Below are positions 14,190-27,700 of a stretch of 64,000 nt of DNA, in pieces. Under the pieces are notes generated by a model, which was given only the letters and a program-made list of their open reading frames with translations, was not told the DNA's origin and ran no database searches. Positions within the stretch are counted from its first letter, which is position 1, and the number at the start of each line of letters is the position of its first letter. The DNA comes from Okamejei kenojei (Eukaryota), in NCBI GenBank assembly GCA_035221665.1, contig CM069148.1, positions 49,786,001 through 49,850,000 on the forward strand, given 5' to 3'. The position numbers and the translations under genes are program-made.

Positions 14190-14629
14190 TCTTCTATCTA
14201 CCTGTACATACCTAAAACTCTGACCTTTTTATCTTCTGTTTTGACAGCTATTCGATTTATGCAAAAATGGTTCGCGATAGCGCTACGATTTTTCGCCAGT
14301 TCGCTCACCGTTCTCATGTGCTGCAATTGCACCAAGATTGTGATTGGTTAAATGTCGTAATTGTTAGCAAGGTTTATAAATTTTAAAAACCATTCGTGCA
14401 CAGATCGATCTCTTCACCTGGCAGTCGGCGCCGCGCGGATTAGTCTCTTCCCCGTCACTCCCCAGGGCAGATGCGCCCCTTCCTGCGCCATTGCGTCTTT
14501 ATTGGAGCTGATGGTGGCCGGCGGAGGTTTCCAACCGGACTTTCGGAGGGACCCAAAGTAGCCCAGCCCCAAACAATCCAGCCCAGCTCCGCCCCAAGCA
14601 GGTCACCCAATAGATCCCAGTTAGTCTAG
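14190..14629 (+). mobile_element. Non-autonomous Helitron-like insertion
   Basis: Starts TC, ends CTAG, sits between A and T with no TSD, and splits a CR1 fragment (ctgata|taagtatataaaatt). Confidence 0.6.
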
Positions 14630-15464
14630 TAAGTATATAAAATTATGAGAGGCATATTTAGGGTAGATAGTCAGAACTTCTTTTCGAAGGGTGGAAATAT
14701 CAAATATAAGAGGCCATAGCTTGAAAGCGCGAGTAGCCAGTTTAAAGGAGATGTACGGTGTGGTTTTTTTTTAATGCAGAGGATGGTGGAGCGTTGAAAG
14801 TTGCCAGTGGTGGCGGTGGAGGCAGATATGATAGTGGAGTTTACAGGTATTACAGGTACCTGTAAACCAGGTACAGGTGCCGACAGTTGATAAGCCTCAG
14901 TTCCTTCTGACACGATAGTGGAGTTTATGAGATTTCCTCCACCCAGTACAATCTATCTGAAGGAGGGGTCCGACCGAAAACGTCACCCATGTTCTCCATA
15001 GATGCCGCCTGACCCATTGAGTCACTCCAGCACATTGTATTACATGACATTTTGCCAGGAATGGGCAATATGAGCCAATGGATTAGTTTAGTTTATTGTC
15101 ACATGTACCGAGGTACAGTGAAAAGTTTTTTGTTGCATGCTATCCAATCAGCAGAGGACTAGTCAGCAGAAAGACTATACATGGTAAAATCAAACTGTCC
15201 AAAGTGAACGGATAAATGCAGGAGAATGGGGTTGAGAGTGAAAGATGCAACAACCATGATCTAATGGTCTAATTCTGCTCCCACAACGTATAAATTTAAA
15301 GGGTACAACATTTAGTGCAAGATAAAGTTGGATGGGAGGTCAGGGCTGCAATCTAGTTGGTGAGATGACGGTTCAATTGCGTGATAACAGCTGGGAAGAA
15401 ACTAGCTATTTTAAAACCTAGCCTTGTCGAAACCATGCTTTGGAGGCACTAAGTCATATTTACC

Positions 15465-15766
15465 TCAAAATGGTAAGCGGCACTTTTGCTCAATCCTTTT
15501 CTTTGTCTCCAGATGAAATATTTCACATCTGATTTCCAGGTCATGATCAGATGGTTCTGGAATAAATTCTATTTCTGTTGTTGAAGAGAAGAGGCCAGTG
15601 GTGGCAATCTGAGGTAGACTATTATGGACAGATCCTGTATAGGGTTGTTCTCCTTTGAACCACTTCACCTCAATTTCCTGAGGTACATAATCAGTCAACA
15701 AAACCTTGAAATATGCCACTGAGCTTCTCTCTTTGCAGTAGATTTCAGACACGGTGGGGAAATTAC
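15465..15766 (-). CDS. Exon 10: last Ig C1-like domain (post-TM #6) with stop codon
   Basis: FPTVSEI...[14 protein letters not shown]...[10 protein letters not shown]...[10 protein letters not shown]...LPF*. Acceptor ttttaag|. TGA is followed by G|gtaaat. Confidence 0.87.
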
Positions 15767-18700
15767 CTTAAAATAGAGTAGAAAATGCACATATTGAGAT
15801 GGTCTCACTTTCAACAGTGGATAGTTTAGTTCAGAGATACAGCAAGGAAACACGCTCTTAGGCCCAGCGAATCCACGCTGACCATCGCTAACATGTTCAC
15901 ACTAGTTCTATGTTATCCCATTTTCTCATCCACTCCCTATACACTAGGGGACAATTTACAGAGGTTAATTAACTTTTACTTTAGACTTTGGAGATGCATA
16001 GTGGAAACAGGGCCTTCGGCCCACTGAGTGCGCCGACTAGCGATCAGCCCATTCACTAGCACTAACCGACACACAAGGGACAATTTACAATTTTACCAAA
16101 GCCAATTAACCTACAAACCTGCAGGTCTTTGGGATGTGGGAGGAAACCCACATGGTCAAGGGGAGAACGTGCAAACTCTGCATAGATAGCACCCGAGGTC
16201 AGGATCAAATCCGAGTCTCTGGTGCTGCAAGTCCACAACTCCACCTCTGTGCCACCCAAAATGTTCTTCCTAAACCTTAGTACCCGACTGATCAATTCCA
16301 TCCTTGTTAACAATTATTAAGGCTTTCTACCAGTTTCACTTACCTGGAAGTGGTAAATATAAGTGTTTGGTAATAGCCTCAGGTGTAATTTGATTTTTCA
16401 CCTCAAAGACAAGTTTCTTGTTGTAATGTAACGCTGTGGGTATCAGCTCCAGACAGGAGCACAACTGATAAAATCCATCTTGTTCCTCCTTGGGGTCTGT
16501 ATTCCTGACTCCTTTCAAAATAGGTTTATTGTCCATTAGCCAATTGGTGGAGATTCCATTCTGAGCAAAATTGGTCACGTTGCATTTAAGAACTAGAGGC
16601 TGGCCATAGAATGGAGTTTCTGGCTCAAGAATGATATCAGAAAGCTTTGGAATTCCTACTTGGAAAAATAAAACAGACAACAGTTTAGATATTGCTCAAT
16701 TTTATTATAGTGGAGTTGCTGTAAACAAATCTGTCTTTTCCCAGAACAATTGCACGCAAACTGGCGTTTATTTTAGTTTATTGTCACGTGTACCGAGGTC
16801 TGCGTGCTCTCCAGTCAGTGGACAGGCTATACTTAATTACATTCGAACCATCCTCAGGATAAAGGGAGTAACTTGAATATAGTTTAGTGCAAGATAAATT
16901 ACAGTAAAGTCTGTTCAATTATAGTCTGAAGGTAGAGAGTAGGTCAGGACTGCTCACTAATTGTTGGTAGGATGGTTCAGTTGCCTGATAATAGCACCTT
17001 ACAATCCAATGGTATGAAAATTCACGTCATAAAGGTCATAAATGATAGTAGAATTAGGCCATTCGGCCCATCAAGTCTACTCCGCCATTCAATCATGGCT
17101 GGGGAACAATAATCCTAGTTCTCCACCCACAACAATTTCGTGGCCCGCAATGCGTCACTGTGAAGTCCAGCTGTGTGCACTCAGCTTTAGTGCGTGATTA
17201 GATTTCTTTACTCGATTGCATTTCCAGACACAAGAGTATGGTGCACTGGCATCCTGCCAGATTGTTCCATTTTATCAGTCTGTTGGCAGTCCCAGGTCAA
17301 ACAAAATGAAAATGGTCCCATTTTTGGCTAGAAACACCCTGGTTTACCAAAGATAGACACAGAGTCCAGCGGGTCAGGCGCATCTGTGGAGAACATGGAT
17401 AGGTGACTCAGGCAGCATCAGTGGAGAACATGGATAGAGTTTCACAGAGTGCTGGAGTAACTCAGCGGGTCAGGCAGCATCTGTGCATGGATAGGTGATG
17501 TTTCAGGTCGGGATCCCAAACAAATTCGACAGCTGGAATTTTTGTTGCATTCACTTGATTGCACTTTCCATGTCTTCAGCATGAACCATTAGCAGGCAGT
17601 TAACGTGACCACTGATAGATGCACGCAACAAAGTTCCTAACGCCAATCAAAAATATAGTGGTGAGCATTGGTAAGCAGCTGCTCAAAACAGACAGGTCCC
17701 AACATATTATTGGACAGCAAAACTCTTAGTCAGTTGCCACAGTCAGACACTAACAGACAAGCACCGGGCTTAGTTTAGTTTAGAGATACAGCATGGAAAC
17801 AGGCCCTTCGGCCCACCGAGCCCACGCTGACCAGCGATCCCCGCACACTTACACTATCCTACACACACTAGGGACAATCTGGGTCTCCAATGCTGGGTAA
17901 TAATCCCCCCACAAGTTGTCCCCTTCGCCTCACTGTGCCCCACACTGGTGCACACCCATTTCTCCTATTATCTCCCCTTCCACCTGTATCCCTCCCTTTG
18001 GCTTCACATTGCAATGGGATCAAAGGTACAGGTGCACCATTGATTTTGAGCAACTGGTGGTACAACACCTTTAATCCAGACAAAATTAGGAGAGTGCACT
18101 TGTTATCCTCCCCTCCAACCCACCCCTGGGAAGTCCCCCCAAAAATGTGAAGCCAAGGCTTGGTGAAATGGCTGACCTCTACCTCATCAGGACTTCCGGC
18201 AGCTGACCGGCGAGTCGTATTTGCCCCCTGTGGCCGGCAGATCTGTTCCCAAAGCCAACTTCCGAGGCCGGTGTCTCGGCCACTCAGCGGCCTAGGTGGA
18301 CCGTTCCGGTACTGTTAGACTCCTCTTAGAGGCTGTGACCTCTGTTGGTCCAGCAAACAGATAATCCAGCAAGGCTCTGGAACCAAGGGTGCCAGATAAA
18401 TCAATGGTGGACCTGTAATTTATTGTTACAAGTACATAGAAACATAGAACATAGGCGCAGGAGGCCTTTCGGCCCTTTGAGCCAGCACCGCCATTCATTG
18501 TGATCATGGTTGATCGTCCGCTATCAATAACCCGTGCCTGCCTTCTCCCCATATCCCTTGACTCCACTAGCCCTTAGAGCTCTATCCAACTCTCTCTTAA
18601 ATCCATCCAGTGATTTGGCCTCCACTGCCCTCTGTGGCAGGGAATTTCATAAATTCACAACTCTCTGGGTGAAAAAGTTTTTTCTCACCTCAGTCTTAAA

Positions 18701-21700
18701 TGACCTCCCCTTTATTCTAAGACTATGGCCCCTGGTTCTGGACTCGCTCAACATTGGGAACATTTTTCCTGCATCTAGCTTGTCCAGTCCTTTTATAAAT
18801 TTATATGTTTCCATAAGATCCCCCCTCATTCTTCTAAACTCCAGTGAATACAAGCCTAGTCTTTTCAATCTTTCCTCATATGATAGTCCCGCCATCCCAG
18901 GGATCAATCTCGTAAACCTACGCTGCACTGCCTCAATCACAAGGATGTCCTTCCTCAAATTAGGAGACCAAAACTGTACACAATACTCCAGATGTGGTCT
19001 CACCAGAGCCCTATACAACTGCAGAAAAACCTCTTTACTCCTATACTGAAATCCTCTTGTTATGAATCCCATGCTCTCCAGTACATAGCTAGGTACACTG
19101 AAATTCTTCTTTTGCATACAATCTAATAGAATCTTACTATATATAAACACTAACAAACCTAACTACAAGAGTGTAAGAATAGTAGATTACACTTGATTAG
19201 TTATTGATTAATACAGTTGCCTGGGGTTATGGGGAGAAGGCAGGAGAATGGGATTAAGACGGACAGAGAGATCAGCCATGATTAGACTTGATGAGCTGAA
19301 TGGCCTACACAAGAGTCGCCACATTTCCTAACTAAATTTCCCTTCAAATACCAAAGTTCTTTGAAAAAAAACATTCACTCCTCATCTCTCTTTTTTTGCC
19401 ACCCTTTTGTCACCTTTTCATCCCTAGCCTTTGTCCACCGCATCTGATAATCAAACCCCTCCCCTCACGTGTATCCACCTAACACTCGCCAGGCTTTGTC
19501 ACCTCCCCACCCTTTTTCCTGGCTTTCTCCCCCCATCGATCAGTCTGAACGTGGTCTCCTACCCATGATAATCAAACCCCTCCCCTGACATGTATCCACC
19601 TAACACTCGCAGGCTTTGTCACCTCCCCACCCTTTTTCCTGGCTTTCTCCCCCCCAACAATCAGTCTGAACACGGTCTCCTACCCGTGCTCTCCAGAGAT
19701 GCTGCCTGAAATGAGGGTTACTTCAGCACTTTGTGTCTTTTTTTGTAAACCTGCATCTGCAGTCCGTTGTGTGTTCAAGAACTTCTATAATCTGATTAAA
19801 TTTTATTACAGTACAATGCTTAGAAGTCAGTCCAGGATAACTCAGCAGATAAAATTATTGCGGTAAAAGCACAAAGGAGTAACTCAGTGGGTCAGGCAGC
19901 ACCTCTGGACAACATGGGCAGAAGATTTTTCAGGTTACATAGAACAGTACACCACGGAAAAGGGAGCTTCGGCTCACGACTTCCCTGCATATCCATGTGC
20001 CTATTTAAATGCAATGTACACAACGCTATCGTATCTGCCTCCACCACCACCCTTGTGAGGTGAGGTGACGATCAAGGGTAGGCCTCTGGATAGTGTTGCA
20101 GAGCAGAGGGATCTAGCAACTCATTTCAGACACCCACGAAATGTCTAAAAAAACTTGCCCCACACATCTCCGTTAAAGATACCACCTCTCGATTCATAGC
20201 TATGCCTTGCATTCTTTACATTTCCACCCTGGGGAATAAGGTTCTGACTGTCGACCATATATATGTCTCCATAATATTATATACAGTTGGGACCTTTCTT
20301 CAGACAGGAAGAAGAAAAAGGCAGGGAAACCGAACTAGTCCAAGCCACAAAGTAGATGATGTACGCATGACAAAATCATGAGAGGAATAGAGCAGTTAGA
20401 CTCGCAGTCGCTTGCCCAGAGAAAGGGAATCGAGAACCAGAGGACATAGATTCAAGGTAAATGGAGGAAAGGTTTAATAGGACTCCGAGGGGAAACTTTC
20501 TCACACAACGAGTGGTGGGTGTATACAATTAGGTAGGTACTTGGATAGGACAGGTTTAGAGAGACATGAGCCAAAGGTAAGCAGGTGGTACTAGTGTAGA
20601 TGGGACATGTTGGTCGGTGTGGGCAAGTTGAGCAACTGGGCCTGTTTCCAGGCTGTATGACTTTATATCTCATACCTCCAAGGAGTAAGCTGTGAAAGAC
20701 CTTAGCGGGTCGATGAGAAGTTTGAAAATGAAGAGCCTCAACTTTGAAATCGATTTGATGATCATCAGCTAAAATCATATACTTCCACCGACTTTCACAG
20801 CAGAAGAGGCCAGTGTTTTTATCGATCTCCGGGTCAGTAGAAGTGATCTCTTTATCATCAATCCTCTTCTCATTTTTGAACCACATAAACATAACATCCT
20901 TTGGATAGAAGCCACGTGCATGGCACGAGAATGTTGTCAAATCTCCTGGTTTGGGATATTGTGGTTGAATTTTCATGTCGTCCATTAACGGAGGAGAGAC
21001 TGCAAAAAAACATTAAATCTTGGATAGAATGTAATACAAAAGCAAATGCAGATGCTGGTTTATAGCAAAGAGCCATAAAATAGACATGGATTGAATGTAG
21101 AGAGGATGTTTCTACTAGTGGGAGAGTCTCAGACTCAGAATAAAATGATGTTGTGGCGGCTCCCAAGGTTCGGGCCATTTCCACTATTGAACCCCTCGGC
21201 ACGGGCATGGATGAGTCCAGGGGCGGCCTTTAGCTACAGGGATAAAGGGCTGGGGTTTAGGTGTAATCTCTCTTTTGCAGACTCGTCTGGTCAGGAGAAG
21301 GACAGCGAATAAAATACCTCCCGAAACACCTGGCTCCTCGCCTTCATTTCGGGATTATCATCACGCTACAATGTATCTTTTCAAAGGAGGCGAGGAAGAA
21401 TTTATTTAGTGTGTGTGGAATCTGTGGAATTCATTGCCACAAAAGGCTGTGGATGCCAAGTCAATGGATATTTTTAAGGTGGAGATTGACGGGGGTAATT
21501 AGTACGGGTGTCAGGGGTTATGTGGAGAAGGCAGGAGAATGGGATTGAGGGGGAAAGATAGGTCAACTATGAATCGACGATAAAGTAGACGTGATAGGCT
21601 GAATGGCCAAATGAAATGGCTCCAGTAACTCAGTGGGTCAGGCAGCATCTCTGGAAAACATGGATAGATGACGTTTCGGATTGGGACTGAAGAACGGTCT

Positions 21701-24700
21701 GAAGAGGGGTCCTGACCCAAAACATCACCTATCAATTTTCTTCAGAGGTGTTGCCCACCCAACTGAGTTCCTCCAGCACTTTGTGTCTGTCACTAATTCT
21801 TGCAATTTAAGATTGGAACTCAGACAATAGCCTATAGGTGCAGGAGTAGGCCATTCGGCCCTTCAAGCCAGCACCACCATTCAATGTGATCATGGCTGAT
21901 CATCCCCAATCAGTACCCCGTTCCTGCCTTCTCCCCATATCCCCTGACTCTGCTATCTATGAGCCCTATCTAGCTCTCTCTTGAAAGTATCCAGGGAACC
22001 TATCCACCGTATCCAGAGAACTTATCTAAAGTATCCACCGCCCTCTGAGGCAGAGAATTCCACAAACTCACAACTCTCTGTGAGAAAAAGTGTTTAATCG
22101 TCACTGTGGCCCCTGGTTCTGGACTCCCCCAACATCGGGAACATGTTTCCTGCCTCTAGCGTGTCCAAACTCTTAATAATCTTATATGTTTCAATCAGAT
22201 TCCCTCTCATCCTTCTAAACTCCAGAGTGTACAAGCCCAGCCGCTCCATTCTCTCAGCATATGACAGTCCAGCCCTCCCGGGAATTAACCTTATAAACCT
22301 ATGCTACACTCCCTCAACAGCAAGAATGTCCTTCCTCAAATTAGGGGACCAAAACTGCACACAATACTCCAGGTGTGGTCGCACTGGGGACCTATACAAC
22401 TGCAGAAGGACCTCTTTGCTCCTATATTCAACTCTTTAATGTTATAAAGGCCAACATGCCAATCGCTTTCTTCACTGCCTGCTGTACCTGCATGCTTATT
22501 TTCATAGACTGATGAACAAGGACCCCAGATCCCGTTGTACTTCCCCTTCCACCATTTAGATAATAACCGGCCTTCCTGTTTTTGCTATAAAAGTGGATAA
22601 CCTCACATTTATCCACATTAAACTGCATCTGCTATGCATCTGCCCTCTCACCCAACCTGTCCAAGTCGCCCTGCATTCTCATAGCACCCTACTCATAGTT
22701 CACACTGCCACCCAGCTTTGTGTCATCTACTCATTGCTAATGTTACTTTGAATCCCTTCATCTAAATCATTGATGTATATTGTAAATAGCTGCGGTCCCA
22801 GCACTGAATGTTGCGGCACCCCACTAGTCACTGCTTGTCATTCTGAAAGGGACCCGTTAATCCCTACTCTTTGTTTCCTCTCTGCCAAGCAATTTTCTAT
22901 CCATGTCAGCACTCTACCCCCAATACCATGTGCCCTAATTTTACCCACTAATCTCCCATGTGGGACCTTATCAAATGCTTTCTGAAAGTCCAGGTACACT
23001 ACATCTACTGGCTCTCCCGTGTCCATTTTCCGAGTTACATCCTCAAAAAATCCTCAGAACATTAGTCAAGCATGATTTCTCCTTCGTAAATCCATGCTGA
23101 CTCGAACCGATCCTGTTACTGCTATCCAAATGTGCGGCTATCTCATCTTTTATAATTGACTCCAGCATCTTCCCCGCCATCAATGTCAGGCTAACTGGTC
23201 TATAATTCTGTTTTCTCTCTCCCTCCTTTCTTAAAAAGTGGAATAACATTAGCTACCCTCCAATCCACAGGAACTGATCCTGAGTCTATAGAACATTGGA
23301 AAATTATCATCAATGCATCCACGATTTCTAGAGCCACTTCCTGCAGTACCCTGGGATGCAGACCATCAGGCCCTGGGGATTTATCAGCCTTCAGTCCCAT
23401 CAGTCTATCCAATACCATTTTCTGCCTAATGTGGATTTCCTTCAGTTCCTCCGTCACCCCAGATCTTCTGGCCACTAGTATATCAGGAAGATTGTTTGTG
23501 TCCTCCTTAGTGAAGACGGATCCAAAGTACCTGTTCAACACATCTGCAATTTCCTTGTTCCCCATTATAAATTCATCCTTTTCAGTCTTCAAGGGTCCAA
23601 CTTTGGTCTTAACTAATTTTTTCCTCTCACATACCTAAAGAAGCTTTTACTATCCTCCTTTATATTCATATTTTACTATCCTCCTTTATATAACTTGGAC
23701 CTTGAAGTGCAGGGGCAGTGAAGTGTAATCTTATTGAGGTGTATAAAATCATGAGAGGAATAGATCAGGTAGATGCACAGATTAAGTGAATCGAGGACCA
23801 GAATACATAGGTTTAAGGTGAAGGGGAAAAGATTTAAAAGGAATCTGAGGGATTACTTTTTCCACAAAGGGTGGTGGGTGTATGGAACAAGCTGCCAGAG
23901 GAGGTAGTTGAGGCTGGGACTATCCCAATGTTTAAGTAACAGTTAAACAGGTACATGGTTAGGGCAGGTTTGGAGGGATATGGACCAAACGCAAGCAGGG
24001 GGGACTAGTGTAGTTGGGATATGTTGGCTGGTGTGGGCAAGTTGAGCCAAAGGGCCCGTTTCCATGCTCTATCACTCTAGATAAATGAACAAAAATGGAC
24101 AACAATGTTCAACAATTAAATCTTTCAAAATAAAAAAGAAATAAAACACTTCCTTACTCAGTTTATCCAATTTACAGTCAGTTTTTTTTGTGCCTATGAT
24201 ACTTTCATGCTTGAATTTGCAGGTTAATATCTTTCCACGGTCTTCTCTCGCAGGGATGAACTTCAGATGATCTGTGAAGCTATAACGACCATCGGTTCCT
24301 AAGGTGGGTTCAGTTTCAGCTTTAGTTTCCTGCAATTGTTTGTTATCCATTTTCCAAATAACTTCAATGTTCTTTGGGAAGAAGGAATGTATCCTGCAGG
24401 TTGATTCAGCAAATTCTTCTGCAATTGGGATTTCCGGTGCCAACTTAATGTCTTCACATTCTGGGATTGCTGAAGAGAAAGGAATGAAAAAGCTGTGAAA
24501 GGTTCAGATATCCTGCAGGGATTGTTGTTCCGAGTCGTATAACACGGAAATAGGCCCTTCAGTCAAGCTTGTCCCCAACCAAGATGCCCCATCTCAGCTC
24601 ATCCCATTTATACACGTTTGGCTTGTATCCCTTTAAACCTTTCCTATCCATGTTCAAGTCTTTGAAATGTTGTTATAGTACCTGTCTCAACTACCTCCTC

Positions 24701-27700
24701 TGGCACTCTTTCCATACACCCAACACCTTCTGATCGAAAACGTTTCCTCTCAGATTTCTACTAAATCTTGCCCCTCTCACTTTAAACCTATGCCCTCCGG
24801 TTTGTTGATTCCCCTCTCCTGTGTAAAAGACGCCTCTATAAGATCAGCCTTCAGCCTCCTGCGCTCCAAAAAGGTGTTCTAACCTCCTCAAACTCTCCCT
24901 ATAGCTCAGGCCCTCAAGTCCCAGCAACATCCACATAAATCTTCTCTTCACTCTTAGCAGCTTAATGACATCGTTCCGATAGCAGGGTGAGCAAAACTGA
25001 ACACGGTACACTATATGTTGCCTCACCAACATCTTGTACAACTGTAACATAACATCTTAACTTCTATCCTCAATACCGTGACAAATGAAGGCCAATGTAC
25101 CAAAATCCTTCTTTACCACCCTATCTACCTTTGACACCACTTTCAGGGAACAACCCACCTGCACTCCTAGATCCCTCTGTTCTGCAACATTCCCCAGGGT
25201 CCTACCATTCATTGTGAAGGTTCTGCCTTGGTTTGATTTCCCAAATATGCAGCACCTTGCACCTTATACTTTGGAGATACAGAGTGGAAACAGGCCCTTC
25301 AGCCAACCGAGTCCATGCCGACCATCGATCTCCCCATACTCTACCACAATCCTACACACGGGGCAATTTACAATTTACAAAAGCCAACTAACCTGTACAT
25401 CTGTAGGTCTTTGAAGCGTGGGAGACCGGAGCACCCAGAGAAAACCCACAGTCATAAGGAGAACATACAAACTGTATTTATCTGCATTAAACTCAATTAG
25501 CTATGGCACAGCCCACTTGCACAGATGATCAAAAGCCTAATGTGATTTTTGATAATCATCTTCACTGTTCACCTACTTTGAAAGGGTAATTAAAAAGTGT
25601 TGATATTAAGCCAGATTGGACATTGGTAGCACATTCACCTGAATTATTATCCTGATGCCTGGTCTAATCTGCATATAGATTTGGTAAAATACATTCTTTG
25701 GTCTGCCTGAAGCTTGTTGGTCCCCCAGCAAATGGCCATCAGGGTATGTTGGCAACTGGCACATTCCAGACTGCAGGAGTATGTGCTGAGGGGAAGAGCC
25801 TGCTTCCATTGTATCTTACAATCCATAATAGGAATAGAGAAATTCTGACTGTACCTTTTACGTCAAGTTTGACCTGATGTAGTGTTTTTGAAGCTGTAGC
25901 TGGATGTTCAACTTCACAAACATACACTGTTCCATGGTCTTCGAGAATCGTTGGTGTAAATATTAGAAAACTGGTGACACTATAAGTATTGTCTTCATTG
26001 GTCAACTCATTTAGAGAGTGGGAATATTTAGGCAGATCCTTTTCCCCACCAACAATAACATCTTCGCTTCCATACACAGTTCTCACAATTTCTTTCAATC
26101 CCATGTTTTCTTTTGCTTTGTAGGGTTTTTGGTACCAAGTGATGGCCAGTGGTCTTGGCGTAAATCCGTCAATAGGACAAGACAAAGCAATCACCTCTTC
26201 GTGAATAATGTGAGGCGGCGCGAGAATATTAATCATCTTTGGTGCAACTGTTTTTATTTAAGGAAAAAGGAGAGAAGATTTCATGGTTTTAGAATTTACA
26301 GTGTATTGTATAAAACTTGCTGAATTTATTTTGTCTAGTGCAGTTGAGATATAACTGCAATCCAGCGATTTTAACAGACCCCACACACACTAGTAACATT
26401 TACTGCATAGTAGAGATAATATATATAAGCATCTGGATAAACAGGGTCTGATCAGGAACAGTCAACATGGATTTGTGCCTGGAAGGTCATGTTTGACAAA
26501 CCTTCTTGAATTTTTTTAAGCGATAACTAGGGAAATTGATGAGGGTAAAGCAGTGGATGTTGTCTATATGGATTTCAGTAAGGCCTTTGACAAGGTTCCC
26601 CATGGAAGGTTGGTTAAGAAGGTTCAATCTTTGGGAGTTAATGGCGGAGTAGCAAGATGGATTCAACAGTGGCTGAATGGGAGATGTCAGAGAGTAATGG
26701 TGAGTGGCTGTTTGTCAGGTTGGAAGCCGGTGACCAGTGGGGTGCCTCAGGGATCTGTGTTGGGTCCACTGTTGTTTGTCATGTACATCAATGATCTGGA
26801 TGATGGGGTGGAAAATTGGATAAGTAAGTATGCAGATGATACTAAGATAGGTGGTGTTGTGGATAATGAAGCAGATTAATGTGAAGGGGAACTTCTTTAC
26901 TCAGAGGGTGGTGGCTATGTGGAATGAGCTTCCAGCAGAAGTGGTGGAGGCAGGATCGATTTTAACATTTAATAGTAAAGTGGATAGGTATATGGACGTG
27001 AAGGGAATGAAGGGGTATGGTCTGAGTGCAGGTAGATGGGACTAGGGGAAAACAAATGGTCGGCACGGACTGGAAGGGCCGAGAGGGCCTGTTTCCGTGC
27101 TGTAATTGTTATATGGTTATATCGGATTATTCGTGAGATATAATTACAGAAAGGACTATATACGGCTAATTTAAGAGTATATAGTTAAAACAGAGTCATT
27201 TTGGGCAGCACAGTGGCGTAGCTGGTAGAGCTGCTGTCTCATAGAGCCGGACCAGGTTCGATCCTGACCTCCAGTGCTGTCTGTGTGGAGTTTGCACATT
27301 CTCCCTATGACCGCGTGGGTTTCCCCCTTACATCCTAAAGGCATGTGGGTTTGTAGGTTAATGCCCTCAGAATGCAGGGAATAGGTGAGGAAGTGGAAAA
27401 ACCTAGAACAGGTGATCGATGGTTGCTGCGGACTTGGTGGGTGGAAGAGCCTGTTTCCATGTTGTATCTCTAAGCTAAACTACATTTTACCTGAGGTATT
27501 GATTTAGTAAGACGCTTTTATAAACAAATAAAAATTGTTTTCTTGACATCATTTAATCTACTTTAGAAATACAGCATGCAAACAGGCCCTTCAACCAAAC
27601 AAATCCGCACCAACCATCAATCACCCGTTCACACTAGTTCTACATTACCCCACTTTTTCTACCACTCCCTACACACTGGGGGCAATTTACGGTGGCCAAT

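Noticed and set aside
15705-15722. ITIM-like VAYFKV in the last domain (and LMYLKI at the TM end)
   Set aside because: The first lies in the predicted B strand of a folded domain and the second at the membrane boundary; both are likely chance matches.
18128-18137. NF-kB-like site GGGAAGTCCC
   Set aside because: It is inside a MITE in intron 8 with no supporting context.
27203-27300. tRNA genes
   Set aside because: The A/B boxes belong to HE1 SINE heads that continue into SINE body and CR1-like tail.
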